Source: Neodothiora populina
Taxonomy: Eukaryota
Direction: 5' to 3'
Assembly (NCBI RefSeq): GCF_041146345.1
Contig: NW_027191404.1
Span: 2,108,001-2,172,000, forward strand
DNA length: 64,000 nucleotides
The notes below the pieces were generated by a model, which searched no databases, was not told the DNA's origin, and saw nothing but the letters and a program-made list of their open reading frames with translations. The number at the start of each line of letters is the position of its first letter. Within the stretch, counting starts at the first letter, position 1. The translations under genes and the position numbers were made by a program. Of this stretch, positions 1-11,599 are shown in pieces.

Positions 1-2
1 AT

Positions 3-491
3 CTCGAAAGCGACGCAGAAGGCAATCTTATTGTCCTAGAGCAGGAGACGGCAGGATTGTCAGAGGATGACCAGAGACGGCTACGCGTGACAAGCGACAT
101 GCAATTGGGTGAAATGGTCAATCGCATCCGGCGAATTGACGTACAGCCTACGGCAGGAGCAATAGTCGTACCACGAGCATTCTTGGGAACAGTCGAGGGA
201 TCTATATATCTCTTTGCTCTCATCTCAGAGGCAAAGCGGGATCTATTGATGAGGCTTCAGGAGAACATGGCAAAACAGGTGCAAAGCCCTGGCGGCGTGC
301 CATTCAATCGATACAGGGGCTTCAAGACATTGGTCCGTGAGGCAGACGAACCCAATAGATTCGTCGATGGAGAATTGATCGAGCGGTTCCTCGATTGCGA
401 CAAAGAGCTACAGGAGAGTATTGTGCAAGGATTGGGCGTGAGTGTAGGTGAAGTGTGGGAGATGGTGGAGGCATTGAAGAGGCTCCATTAG
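3..491 (+). CDS. DDB1: DNA damage-binding protein 1 (DDB1/CPSF-A family), C-terminal end; gene starts before the window
   Basis: Frame open from nt 3: LESDAEGNLIVLEQ...LGEMVNRIRRIDV...AFLGTVEGSIYLF...RFVDGELIERFLD...VEALKRLH*, the characteristic DDB1 C-terminus. Confidence 0.88.
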   Translation, partial: LESDAEGNLIVLEQETAGLSEDDQRRLRVTSDMQLGEMVNRIRRIDVQPTAGAIVVPRAFLGTVEGSIYLFALISEAKRDLLMRLQENMAKQVQSPGGVPFNRYRGFKTLVREADEPNRFVDGELIERFLDCDKELQESIVQGLGVSVGEVWEMVEALKRLH

Positions 492-884
492 GATGCCGGC
501 CATGTGGGAGCTCGGTAGTCTGACTTAGCGATAGTGGGAACATGAAACCACAAGACGATCTTTGGACAGACAGAGAAATGCCATGCTGTGCATTTGGACA
601 GAGTCACACAAACGATACTGCCTTGGGCTCTGAGCGACTTCAACTTCCAATAGCTCGAGGACTAACGTTTCTTGGCGATGACGAAGGCGGAAGCGATAAG
701 GGAAAGTACCTTACTTTTGGTTTATCAAGTAAATAATAATCCTCCACCAGCACACTGTGTGCCTGCCTCCCCTGATCTGTTTCGTAGACGCGTGACTGCT
801 CCTAATACACTGACTCCATATCATAAGAATCTCGAATCTCGAGTTAACATTACTACTGGGATTCCTTGCAGACTTGTTGTGACA

Positions 885-2547
885 ATGAGGAGACAATCAA
901 CAATACCCGATCTCCTCGAGTTCCTGCGGACTCACGACGAGTCGTTTCGTAGGTAATGCTTTATCATCTCCTATTTCTTCTCCCTATCTGTCCTGTTTCA
1001 CCTGAAAATCGCCTCCAGTGCATGGAGAGAAGAAAAGAGTGTGCTCGTTCAACACGTCGATGCTCCCCTTCAGAGGACTCTGTACTGAGACATGTGATTT
1101 GTGTCACATTTAGCCGCACCAGATTACAGTCACTCTACTCGGACTTTCGACCACAGCGCGAGACAAACCCAGACAACTATGCAGCCAACAGCGCGGCATG
1201 GATGCGCGCACTCACGATTGCGTCTCGGGCTGGACTATTACCTTTGCGCACGGGAAAGAGCGCACAAGCTGACAGAGCCGGGGCCCGACCCTCACATCTC
1301 GCTTTCACCACTGGGGACGATCTCGCAGCCTCGCTACAGAGTCCGCAGTTCGGGCGACCGCCTGCACTGAATGCTGTGATTAGAGATGCAATAGAGAAGA
1401 AGCAGCTCGTGCCGCTCGATGACTTCCTCAAGGCAAAAAAGAGCATTTATGAGAAGAGCGCGATGCCTAGTCCTTGGGCTGCGATCGGTTGGGGATTCAA
1501 GAAGTTGGGCAACCTCGTGGGTGAGGGAGGGGACAAGCTGGTCATTGGAGGCTATATCGTCATCGCCAATGTCGAGGTATGATCACTTCACGTAGAGACT
1601 ACCTCGCCAGACACTGACAACAAATCGCGAATCAGGAAGCTGCAAAAGTCGTTGCCAGACAGATCAGCGAGCAAGCAGACGCCTCTTCACTGACGTCTCG
1701 CATCTATTCCCGCTCTCTCTTCGAGGCGGAATTCGCACATGCCCTTGGTCCCGCCGAAGACATGGCTCTCAGCAGCGGCGACTTCACCATCCTGACCACC
1801 TACCTCACGCGCGACAAGACCTTGTTGAGCGTTGATGCAGACGGTGAAACGATCAAGATCAAAGCACCGAACGAGACGAAGCCGTCTGCCGTGACCCAGC
1901 AAGACAAGGACATCGCCTCTCTACGCACCCTCATAACCTCCATGACAGCACAAGTCGACAGCCTCAACAACCGCATCTCCGCCCTCGACAAGACTGTCCG
2001 CGAAGCCGTATCGAACAAACAGACCCAAGCGGCCAAGACGGCGCTCCGAAGCAAAAAACTCGCCTCTCAGACTCTCGAGCAACGAAGCGCGACTCTCGCC
2101 CAGCTCGAAGAAGCCTACGACTCGATCGGCAACGCAGCCGACCAAATCGCCATCGTGGCAGCCATGCAGACGTCGTCGCGCGTGCTGGCATCGCTACATG
2201 AAGAAATCGGCGGCGTCGAGGGCGTCGAGGGCGTCGTCGAGGGTCTGCGCGAGGAGATATACAACGCGGACGAAGTCACGCGCATCATCGACGACTGCGG
2301 TGCCAAGCAAGTCGACGAAGACGAGGTCGAAGAGGAATTCGCCGAGCTGGAAAGAGTCGAGAGAGAGCAAGTCGAGGCGCAGGAAGCCGAGGCCACGAGG
2401 AAGAGGCTCGAGGAGTTGGGAAATGCAGAGGCGGGCGCGAGGAGGAATTCAAAGGGTAAGCAGAGGGAAGAATCATGGCCTTTGACAGGGTCACTACAAG
2501 CCGAAGAGTCAGAGGAGAGTGGCAGGGTCCTAGAGCCTGCGACTTAG
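885..2547 (+). CDS. CHM7: ESCRT-II/III hybrid protein, Chm7/CHMP7-like (winged-helix N-terminus plus Snf7 domain)
   Basis: Exons 885-952, 1114-1576, 1636-2547 (introns GTAATG..TAG and GTATGA..CTGAC..CAG keep frame). N-terminus RLQSLYSDF..NPDNYAANSAAW; C-terminal Snf7 coiled coil (AKTALRSKKLA, GGVEGVEGVVEGLREE, VDEDEVEEEFAELE). Confidence 0.85.
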
Positions 2548-3114
2548 AAGGTCGGCTGGAGGACATGTCGATATTCAGCGCTCTGAGCAGTAGATGGAAG
2601 GGGGGGGGGGTAGTAAAGTTCTCTGTTCTCCCTGTTGCACTTTTCGTTGTCCGTTATAGACCGCGGACAGAATACATACATACGAATACAACGAAATGGA
2701 GAGACAAGGAATAGAGATTAATCATGACCACCCCAAATCGATTGATTTCCTATATAATTATAGCAAGCAGTAGTCCATTGACCACTTGTACTCTTGCACG
2801 TGACATGCTATACATTCCATTACTTGCGTATGTTCAACACTGTCGCACTGGCATTGTGTTTTCCTGACACACGTGGCTTCTTTTCTCCCCCCATGTATGA
2901 GCAAGTGAGGTAGACCGGGAGTATATTTAATTTGTGTGTATATATATGTTTCGACCTCCGCTACAGAAGCGACCCTACCCCTTTCCACCTAAGGCGCCTA
3001 GCCATGACCACATGAAATCCCTCGGGCCCTGACACTCGATATCTCATCTCATCCCCACCAGTCCAAACCACCATCAGAGAATTCGTCTGACCAAAGAAAA
3101 AAGGAAGTGAATCC

Positions 3115-4893
3115 TCACATAAGTCTCTCGTTATCACTAACCGGATCCTCCGGCACGCGAAACATGCTCATCTTCCTATCCGGCGGCCGATTGAAGTGGT
3201 CGCCCAGACTGGATTCTTTCCTCATCAGAGGGGGATGTCGATGCTGATGTTGATGCTGATGTTGAGTATGAGACGGTAGAGTGTTATTACTCTCCACCTT
3301 TGAGAAATTGGGAGGTGAGGCGTGGGTATTGTTGTTGCTGTTGTGATTGTTGATAGCTGCGCTGTTGCGCCGACTACTGCTCGTCACCGTCGTCGCAGAG
3401 GCGCGACTTACGCGTCGGCTGCTGCTGTTGCTGTTGCTGCCTTGTGCTTGTGCTTGCTGCTGACTGCAGTTTGACGTCGAGGAAAATAGAGTGGGTGTTG
3501 ATTCGTGATAAGACGAGGATGTGGGAGATGCGTGGCTTGATGATGGCACGCCGAAGCCCGCGTTCATGAGCGGTTCGGTGCGCTCGCCTGCGTTTGCTGC
3601 GCGCACTTTTTCGCGGATCGAGGCCATTGCTTCCGGGTTGTTTTCGTAGGGCCGGTCTTGGTCTTCTGGTACTGCTGATTGTGGTTCTAGGGAAGGCTCT
3701 GAGTTGTTCCGTTGTTGTTTATCAATTCCAGTAGAAAGTGAAGGATCCGTATCCATCGAGTCTGCACCTTGCTCTGCTGACTCTCCATTCACTTGAGTGC
3801 TGTTCGCTTGTGCTGTACCCCCTCCGCTTGCGTCCTTGCTCTCACGCGCTTCACTCCTCTTCTTCCTGGCCTGATCGATCAATCGTTGAAAATCGTCCTT
3901 GTTGCTCGATTGCCACCCCGCCGTGTCGAAATCCTTGTCCATGATGCCCACGCTGTCCGAGTCTTTAGTCAGTCCTCCCCCCTGGGCACGGTCCCATTTC
4001 CGTAGTTCGTTCAGCAGTTCGACTTTGCTTTTCGGTCGGCTAGAGTCGCAGTTTGCGTTCCATAGATTCACCCACTCGGTATGTCGACGCATGAGTAACG
4101 CTTTGGGGCCGTGGTTTGGGAGACCCAGCTCGGCCAGCTTTTTCCGTAGCGCCTTTTCGTGCATGAGACTGTAGTTGAGTTCGGCGAGTCGTTCTTGTGG
4201 TTTTGCTGAGGGAGTCCGTGAAGGTGGCGAACGTTTCGAGGGTGTCGCTTTAGTCGCTTTCTTCGTGGCCGCCTTGTCTTCCTTTTTGGTGCCGTCACAT
4301 TCTCCGTCCAGATGAGGACTCACTTGGTGCTCTTTCATCCTGGTGTCGCAGATTGGACAAGCCACGAGACCATCCTCGGGCGTATCATCTTCGTCTTCAT
4401 CACTGTCCTGGATCTCAATAGTCCCATCTACTTGACTCGGCGTAGCTTCCTCTGTGCCTTTGTTTCGCATTGACCTTGTCTGACGCCTTGTGTTCGCCTC
4501 ACCCGTGCTGGTAGCGACATCTTCGTCATGACTCAGGCGCCTCCTCTTTCCCGGGCGCTTTTGCCTTTCGTCTATATGCCTCTGGTCCTTATGTGCAAGT
4601 GTGTATGCCACCGGTCTGGCAATCTTGAATGCGCCAACAGCCTCCTCGATGGCTAGATTGTTCCTCAGCTTGCTGGCCTGGTCCGCACTGCGACACGTCG
4701 GACACTTCCCGTCACTCGAGAGACACGTGCGTATACACTTGGAGCAGAAAGTATGCGAGCACGACGTCAACATGGGCGTGTCGTAGAAGTCCTTACACAC
4801 TTGGCATCTGAATGCATTGTCCAATGGCAAAAACGTCGCCAGAGATGTGTTTAGCCAATCGCTGGGATCTTCGATATCCTGCGACACAGCCAT
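3115..4893 (-). CDS. RAD18: Post-replication repair E3 ubiquitin ligase Rad18 (RING, UBZ, SAP)
   Basis: First ATG at 4893 (MAVSQDIEDPSDW); RING CQVC..CSHTFCSKC..CPTC; UBZ CPIC..HLDGEC; SAP LRKKLAELGL..G.K..RRHTEWVNLWNANCD. Confidence 0.93.
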   Translation of the reverse strand: MAVSQDIEDPSDWLNTSLATFLPLDNAFRCQVCKDFYDTPMLTSCSHTFCSKCIRTCLSSDGKCPTCRSADQASKLRNNLAIEEAVGAFKIARPVAYTLAHKDQRHIDERQKRPGKRRRLSHDEDVATSTGEANTRRQTRSMRNKGTEEATPSQVDGTIEIQDSDEDEDDTPEDGLVACPICDTRMKEHQVSPHLDGECDGTKKEDKAATKKATKATPSKRSPPSRTPSAKPQERLAELNYSLMHEKALRKKLAELGLPNHGPKALLMRRHTEWVNLWNANCDSSRPKSKVELLNELRKWDRAQGGGLTKDSDSVGIMDKDFDTAGWQSSNKDDFQRLIDQARKKRSEARESKDASGGGTAQANSTQVNGESAEQGADSMDTDPSLSTGIDKQQRNNSEPSLEPQSAVPEDQDRPYENNPEAMASIREKVRAANAGERTEPLMNAGFGVPSSSHASPTSSSYHESTPTLFSSTSNCSQQQAQAQGSNSNSSSRRVSRASATTVTSSSRRNSAAINNHNSNNNTHASPPNFSKVESNNTLPSHTQHQHQHQHRHPPLMRKESSLGDHFNRPPDRKMSMFRVPEDPVSDNERLM

Positions 4894-5042
4894 GCTGGGA
4901 AACGAGGACTCTCCGTGTGTAGAGAAGTAGAATGAAAACAATCAAGGGTTTTGAATAATGTATACCTAATGTGATGTTATGGGGTTATGACGACTGAGGA
5001 GCGACGAGCGGTCTACTGTAAGCGGAAAGCGCGCGCGCCTCC

Positions 5043-5193
5043 ACGCGACGCGCTTGCCCGATACGGAAGGATCATTGTCTTGCCTCGAGTGGGGGCATGA
5101 ATCGATAGCCCCAAGGAAGGAAGTGACAGTCGGGTGTTTCACTCTGGCAGAAAAAGCATATGATCTGTCAGACATGCGGATGCGCAAACGCGT
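5043..5193. promoter_or_regulatory. MCB-like (ACGCG) elements upstream of RAD18
   Basis: ACGCGA 5043, ACGCGC 5048, ACGCGT 5188, all within 300 bp of the RAD18 ATG. Confidence 0.4.
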
Positions 5194-5404
5194 GTTGTGG
5201 AGGACATTTCTTGTGAATGTGATATGCACCAAGCGTGCTCAAATGGTATCAGGCATGCATTCTCAGCCGCAGCCTTTCCTAACGCCTATATATCCATGCC
5301 GTTCAATGCTCATTCATCGACTCCGTGCTCGCTATGCCCACATTACGCTAATCCGAGACACGACCCGCACCAGACCATTACCGTGAGATCGTAGTCTACG
5401 TAGT

Positions 5405-7770
5405 CTATTCAAATCCGTCTACTGCGGGGTTGGGCCGCTCCATCAACGGACTGCTAGGACTCACTGGCACAGCTCCGAGTGGATCGAAGGATTGAAGAGA
5501 AGGCGCTACACCGCTCATGCTCTTGCGAGGCGATCGGTGTTCTAAGCTCACCTGCTCCATCGTCTCGACCAGGGTGGTGGTCCCATCGTCGGAATTGTTT
5601 CCATCGTTTCGCTGCCAGGCTGGCTTGCTATCCTGAATCGTGCGTTGCAGTGTCTGTATAAAGGAGTTCATGCCCTCAAATGCAAGCGGCTCTGCATCTG
5701 TGCCACTGTATAGCTGGACGGCATTTGCGAGCCTCTGCTCTGCTTGCTTCGGCTTCTCCAGCTTCAGCCATGCGTCTGCGGCCAATGTGTTCCAGAAAGC
5801 AGCCTTCCTGCTCCTGCCACCGCCTTGCCCGTTTGCTGACCCTTGCCTTGCGGAATAGCACGACGCTATCCGTTCCATCACAAGTGCGTGTCCGGTGGGA
5901 CCAACGAGACCGTCGTCGATGATCCTACAGCCCCATCGCGCTGCATCGTCTAGTGCAGATCCGCTTCGTAGTCGCAGAAGTTCGGCACACAGAGCGAGGG
6001 TCCGGAGAGCGTGATATCCTGCATTACATCGCATCAGATAGGAGTGGTATGCATTCTCCAGCTGTTGGTCGATGGTCTCGACTCGCAGTCTGGTGGCAAT
6101 ATGAGGTACACTCATCAGTGTCGTCAGCGCTGCCATCTCATTGGCACCGGCGTAGTACTTCCATGCTTTGTCGTTCTTGAAGTCCGTACATAACAAGTCA
6201 TATGTGCTCTGCGCGAGCTTAAAGTCACGCAGCATGAAGGCGTAGTCGGCAAGCTTCCTCAGCACAGCCTCAGGTGTGTCTGGCTTGTAGGAGCCTCGTA
6301 CCACGTCATAATTGCTGCCCGGCGTTGCAGGGCCCGAGGCGCTTCGACCGGCGAATGGCGTGAAGCGCTTGCTCAGCGACATGAAACGTCCACTGATGCC
6401 CCTGCGGCGAGAGGCGACTTGGTCATTCCACGTGGCAGAAGCTCTTTCCATTCCAGGGATTATTGACTGCGTGACCATCTCGCGAACGAAGGTCCGCACG
6501 CTAGCCGCGTCCGATTCGAATATGTATGGCATCGGGTCGTCCTCATCCTCCATCGCTTCTGCCTTTTGTTAGCGCAAGGATAGATAATGGTCAACGGGGG
6601 CGGCTTGCCTCTGTCTGCAATCTCGGCCAGCTCCTCAGCAGCGGAGACCCATTCGCACTGGGGTAGTGGCATGCTATCGTCGTCAGACGGTAAGCACTGA
6701 TTGCTTTTGAGTCTGAGCAAGTGACAATGAAGACCGAAGTGTCGCTTCATTTGCTCGAAGAGGCTACTGGACTTTTTGATATCGTCGTAATCTTCGTCAT
6801 GGATGAGGACATAATAGCGTAGAAATTCATTATTGACATATTGAGGGAGCCTGTATTCTCCCGTGTTGGAGCCTGTGTAGAGATTGCGAAGCTCCTCGAT
6901 CGGAGCTGGATTGCGAGAGCTGATGGCGATGACCAATGCGACGGGATGGGAAAAGGTCTCGTGTGGCGTCAAGGGCATGCCACAGAGCAGTCTTCGGAGG
7001 TAGAGAGCATAGAAAGGGCTGATTTTGGTAGGGTCGCGGGCCTTGTCCTTGAAGTTCAGATAATCTTGGGCTGCATCTTGTTGCCACTCGGCGTGTGCGA
7101 GATGCCTCTCGACATCTTCGTCGATCTGCGACACATCGCCTCCAGTACGAAGACGAGCGGGACGATACTCGGGCACAATGTCCGAGACAGTAGCTGTCTG
7201 TGCGGGTTGTGTTGCTAGTCTCGGGCTCTCCAAGCCATCTTTGACACCGGTGAATCTGATTCCGAAGTCGTCCCAGGGCCTGCTTGCGCCAGTGCTGTCT
7301 CTTATCACGACTCGCCCTGACACTCGCTCGCCAAAGGGTCGTAAAAGCTCGAGCAGTCCGCCGTTGATGCCCTTGTGGCGCAACAACTCCTCGGTGTCTG
7401 GTGAAGACAGGACGGAAACATGAGGGACAAATCCACGGAGGGTCAGTAGGCGGACTTCGTCTGATTGTGTCGCCGCACCGGGCGACGGAGACCTGAGGCT
7501 GGACGCAGAGTCACGGGGAGAGAAGACGGAGCCTTGGACTACTCCAGCCGTCGGTGTCGCCGGTCCTGAAGCGCTGCTGACATTGGTGCCCGGCAGCGAA
7601 GTTGTGGAAGCAAAGAGGTTGGACAAGGAGGTGTTCGAGCGGCGATAGGGGAGATTGAGCGACGTCAAGGGCGACTTTGCATCTGCGCGACGCGCTCTTG
7701 GAAGAGACAGAGGAGAGTCGGAGATGGACTGCTGCGGCGACTGCAGGGGGTGGGCTGGCGAAGAGGTCAT
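5405..7770 (-). CDS. TRS85: TRAPP III subunit Trs85/TRAPPC8
   Basis: Exons 7770-6609 and 6558-5405 joined by GC-AG intron 6608-6559; motifs HETFSHPVA, FGLHCHLLRL, RKLADYAFMLRDFKLA..Y..DFKNDKAWKYYAGANEM. Start ATG (MTSSPAH, 7770) is inferred. Confidence 0.9.
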
Positions 7771-8219
7771 GAGCGGCGCCGATGTGCCCTCCGGGGATGA
7801 GTTCCAGTGGCTTTTGTCCGGGCGAGCATCAGTAGCAGGATTGCGCAGTTGTCTTTCTACCAGGTCTGACTCAGCCAAGTGCGCGAGAGATTGATCTGTG
7901 GATTCTGGGTCCTAAGGTGGGTGTTTAATTACTTCATGCCGCTGTCACAATAATGCAGTAGTACAAGTGGTGCCTGCCTCTTCCAGCAGTGACACAACAG
8001 ACGCCTGAAACGCCGGCTAGACTTGCCCTAGCGGGGGGGAAGAGGGCAGTTTGGAACTTTCTTGTCGGACTCACATGAAGAACATTGTGACTTTTTGATA
8101 GATCCAAGGTATATGTCAAATACAAGTCTTCGAGTACTCTCTGATATTACCATTAGCAGAAGGCTTTTCAGGTCTTACAAACCAAAGATAGTCCAGAGTG
8201 TACACTGGTAACAGTGTGA

Positions 8220-11200
8220 ATGCTGGCAATCAGAAGATTACCTGTCTCGATTCATACCATACAACACAGGCTCAGATGTGGTAGCAGTCAGAAGTCGGCT
8301 CTACGCTCTCTCACATGCTCAACATTTCACTGCATGCCTTCTGTTGTTCGCTCGCGTACCAGCCTTTCGCCAGAGCGTGAGCTGCATAAGAAACCCAGAT
8401 TCGGCTCATATACCCCCATATGCACACGCTACGCTGCCATGTCGACACAGGATCTTGGTAAGCCGAGTGCTCTCGAACTCACCCATGTGGAGGAGACACT
8501 TCGCAGATTGCTTCTAGACGTCGCAGAGTATATTGATCATCTTCCGCCTACGGATGTGGCCGATGGCCAAGTGACCCTTCCTGACGATCTGGCTAAGCAG
8601 AAGATTGTACTTCGCTTCACAGGTGGATGGGTCCGGGATAAACTGCTCGGTGTGGAGAGTCATGACATCGATGTGGCCATTAACAAGATGACCGGCTTCC
8701 AATTTGGTCTGAAACTCAAGGAGTACCTGGAGATCCCTGGCAACCCGGAGAAGTATGGTCTCGAAGGTGTGGCGAAGAATGATTCACAGTCCAGCAAGGC
8801 TGGTACTACCGGCAAGAACAAAGTCGTAGGCGGTCTTCACAAGATCGAGGCCAATCCTGAGAAGTCTAAGCATTTGGAGACGGTCACTACTAAAATTCTC
8901 GGGCTCGACATCGATTTGGTTAACTTGCGCAAGGAAACTTACTCGGAAGACAGCAGAAATCCGCAGATGGAGTTTGGTACCCCTCAAGAGGATGCACTCC
9001 GCCGGGACGCCACTGTCAACGCCATGTTTTACAACCTGAATACTCAAGTCATCGAGGATTTCACTGGTCAAGGTCATGATGATATGAAGGCAAAGCTCAT
9101 CCGCACTCCGCTCGAGCCCTATCAGACATTCAAGGACGACCCCCTCCGTGTGCTGCGCTTGATTAGATTCGCGAGTAGGCTGGGATATGCCATTGATTCA
9201 GCAGCCGAGGAGTCGATGAAGAACTCCGACATCCAAGACGCACTTCAAGCCAAGATCAGCCGCGAACGTGTAGGCGTCGAGCTGGAGAAGATGCTGCGAG
9301 GGCCTGATCCTTACAGAGCACTTGCCCTTATCGATCGTCTCTCGCTCTATCTGACCATCTTCTCCGACCCTACACAGCCTGCTAACAAAGTCTATCGACC
9401 GGATCTTGACACCTGGACTGCAGTATACGACTTTGTCAAGACGCTGCCCAGCCGGAGCAAGGAGACGCAGAGTAAGCGCGATGCGTATTCGATGGCGGTC
9501 GTGGAGCTAATCAAAAATTCCCAGGTCTGCTTGTTCGTGATGCCGAAGAACAATACGTCGCTTGGCTCCTTACAGCTATGGTACCATACCGCGACGCTCC
9601 CCAGCCTCAAGCCGAGCCTGGAAAGAAGCTGCCTCCACCAGTGGCCGCCAATATTGCGCGGGAAGGGTTCAAAGCCACCAACAAGATCATTGATATTGTC
9701 GTTGCTTCCATCCGTAACCACAGCGAGATTGCAGGGTTTGCGTATGGTATTGGTGAGCGAAGTGGCCGCGCGAACCAAAAGATCGAAGGTGAAGATCATA
9801 TGGCGCGTGACGTTCTGGGCATGGCTATACGTCGGTGGGGTCCTACCTGGAGGTCGCAAGCCATGTTCGCACTACTCGTCAAAGTCGCCGATGAGCCGCA
9901 ATCCGCTAAAGGTGAGTTGACAACCGTTTCCATCATTGTACAGGAAACTTATCAGATATAGCGCACCTTGCTGTCTACGAGACATTCCTCAAACACGTAC
10001 AGGATCTTGGAATCATGGATGCATACGCGACCAAACCGCTACTCGACGGAAAGATGTTAGCTAAAGCACTTTCGACCAAACCCGGTCCTTGGATGAAGGA
10101 CGCCCTCGACGTGGTCATGGCATGGCAGTTGCGTAACCCTGACGGCGCTACAGTCGAAGGAGCGATTGAGGAAGTGAAAAACACAAAGCTTCATGGTGAG
10201 CTCACAGCAAGCCTCGTCACACATTTTCTCAGGCTTACCATTCGCCCTCTGTTTTCAAAGAGTCAGCATCCAGCGGTAACAGCGCAAGGTCGTAAGGTCA
10301 CCACCACCGTGCTTCCCAAGAAGATGTCTATGGAGCAGCCAGATGCCGTCGCAAGGCCTTGGAAAGCCAAAGATGCGCCTGCACTCGATCTACTACCTTG
10401 GATTCTAGAAAGCATCGATGACAGCATGATTGAACAAAACTGGCCTCTTATATTACCTCCGCTATTAAGTATCATTGACGATACAGAGACCATATTTAAA
10501 GCCCAGGGTTGTCACCTGATCAAGCTTCTCCTCAGCCGAACGCCATCGTCATTGGTCAAGCGGACTGGGTTAAACGAGGTTTTCCAAGTGGCACTGATGC
10601 CATGTCTTGGTTACCTGCCTCCCCTGACACCAGAAGACGAGTCTATCGCTCTAATCACCGAGGCCTACCCTGCCCTGATTGCACTGTCGCGGACTTTGGA
10701 CGGTCACGGTCAACAACGAACTCAATCACCAAGCTCCACAGCACCTCGAGTCACACTTCTAGATACTATGATACGGAAAGGCATACTCAACGCATACACA
10801 TATTGTAGTGAAAATGTCAAGATAGTCGAGGCCGTGCTGGATAACATGCCGTCAGTGCTGCAAGAACTCGGCATCGAGAGCGTCAAACACCTCAAGCACA
10901 TCCTTCCCATGTTGTCGGAAGTGCTGAGCGACCCATTCGGCCAGGCGCATCCACCGACCCTACTGGCAGCTACCAAGGCGTTACAAAGTGTGATATTGAA
11001 CGGGTGGCCACGCATGGCATACAATCGAGGGGAAGTTCTCAAGGGTATAACCCTTTGCTGGATTAATCTAGATAAGGAAGAGTCGTCGGATGCGTTGGAT
11101 GCGGTACGGCAAGAGTGCAAGATAACGATTTCGATGCTCAAGGACGCCGTTTCTTCTTCTGAGGATTGTGACATCCAGGCTGATTTCGAGGCGCTTGTCG

Positions 11201-11235
11201 GAGCAGATCCAAGATTTGATGAGCTTCTTCGCTAG
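8220..11235 (+). CDS. CCA1: tRNA nucleotidyltransferase (CCA-adding enzyme) fused in frame to a C-terminal Tti2-like domain
   Basis: Exons 8220-9471, 9525-9911, 9962-11235. Class II motifs GGWVRDKLLG, DIDVA, EDALRRDATVNA, DDPLRVLRLIRFA, KISRERVGVE; CCA tail KPLLDGK..KPGPWMKDALDVVMAWQLRNP. About 345 aa follow without a stop, resembling fungal Tti2 (IRPLFSK..TAQGRK, PWK, WPLILPPLLSIIDD, RTGL..VF..ALMPCL.YLP). Confidence 0.88.
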
Positions 11236-11599
11236 AGTCTAGGCTACTTTACGATAACGCCACAAAGGTCTATCTGATAACGTTTCTATCATTACATATC
11301 GTGCTTCCGGTTCCCAGGATACTTTGTGGGAACAAATTACACCGTCCTAAACAGACATATTAGATAAGTGTGGATCACCGATGGGTCACACCCGGACCGT
11401 ATGTCTGCAGGGTTGAAGTCATGGAGCTGCATCTGCCCTCGGCAGCCTTGCAGCTAAAGCCATCCTGCACGAAACCAGAAGTCGTGCTATGGCGACGGCA
11501 TGCTGAAGTCAGGCGTCCCTTCTTTGTTGGCGCGTGGTGTGCAAGGTGGGTGCAGACTTCTTGCACTGTTGAGTTTGCTTGTTTCTTATCCCTGTGCGA

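Noticed and set aside
7771..7878. N-terminal extension of TRS85 from the TTG start in the ORF track
   Set aside because: Non-ATG start; the only upstream ATG exon would need an implausible intron of about 21 nt.
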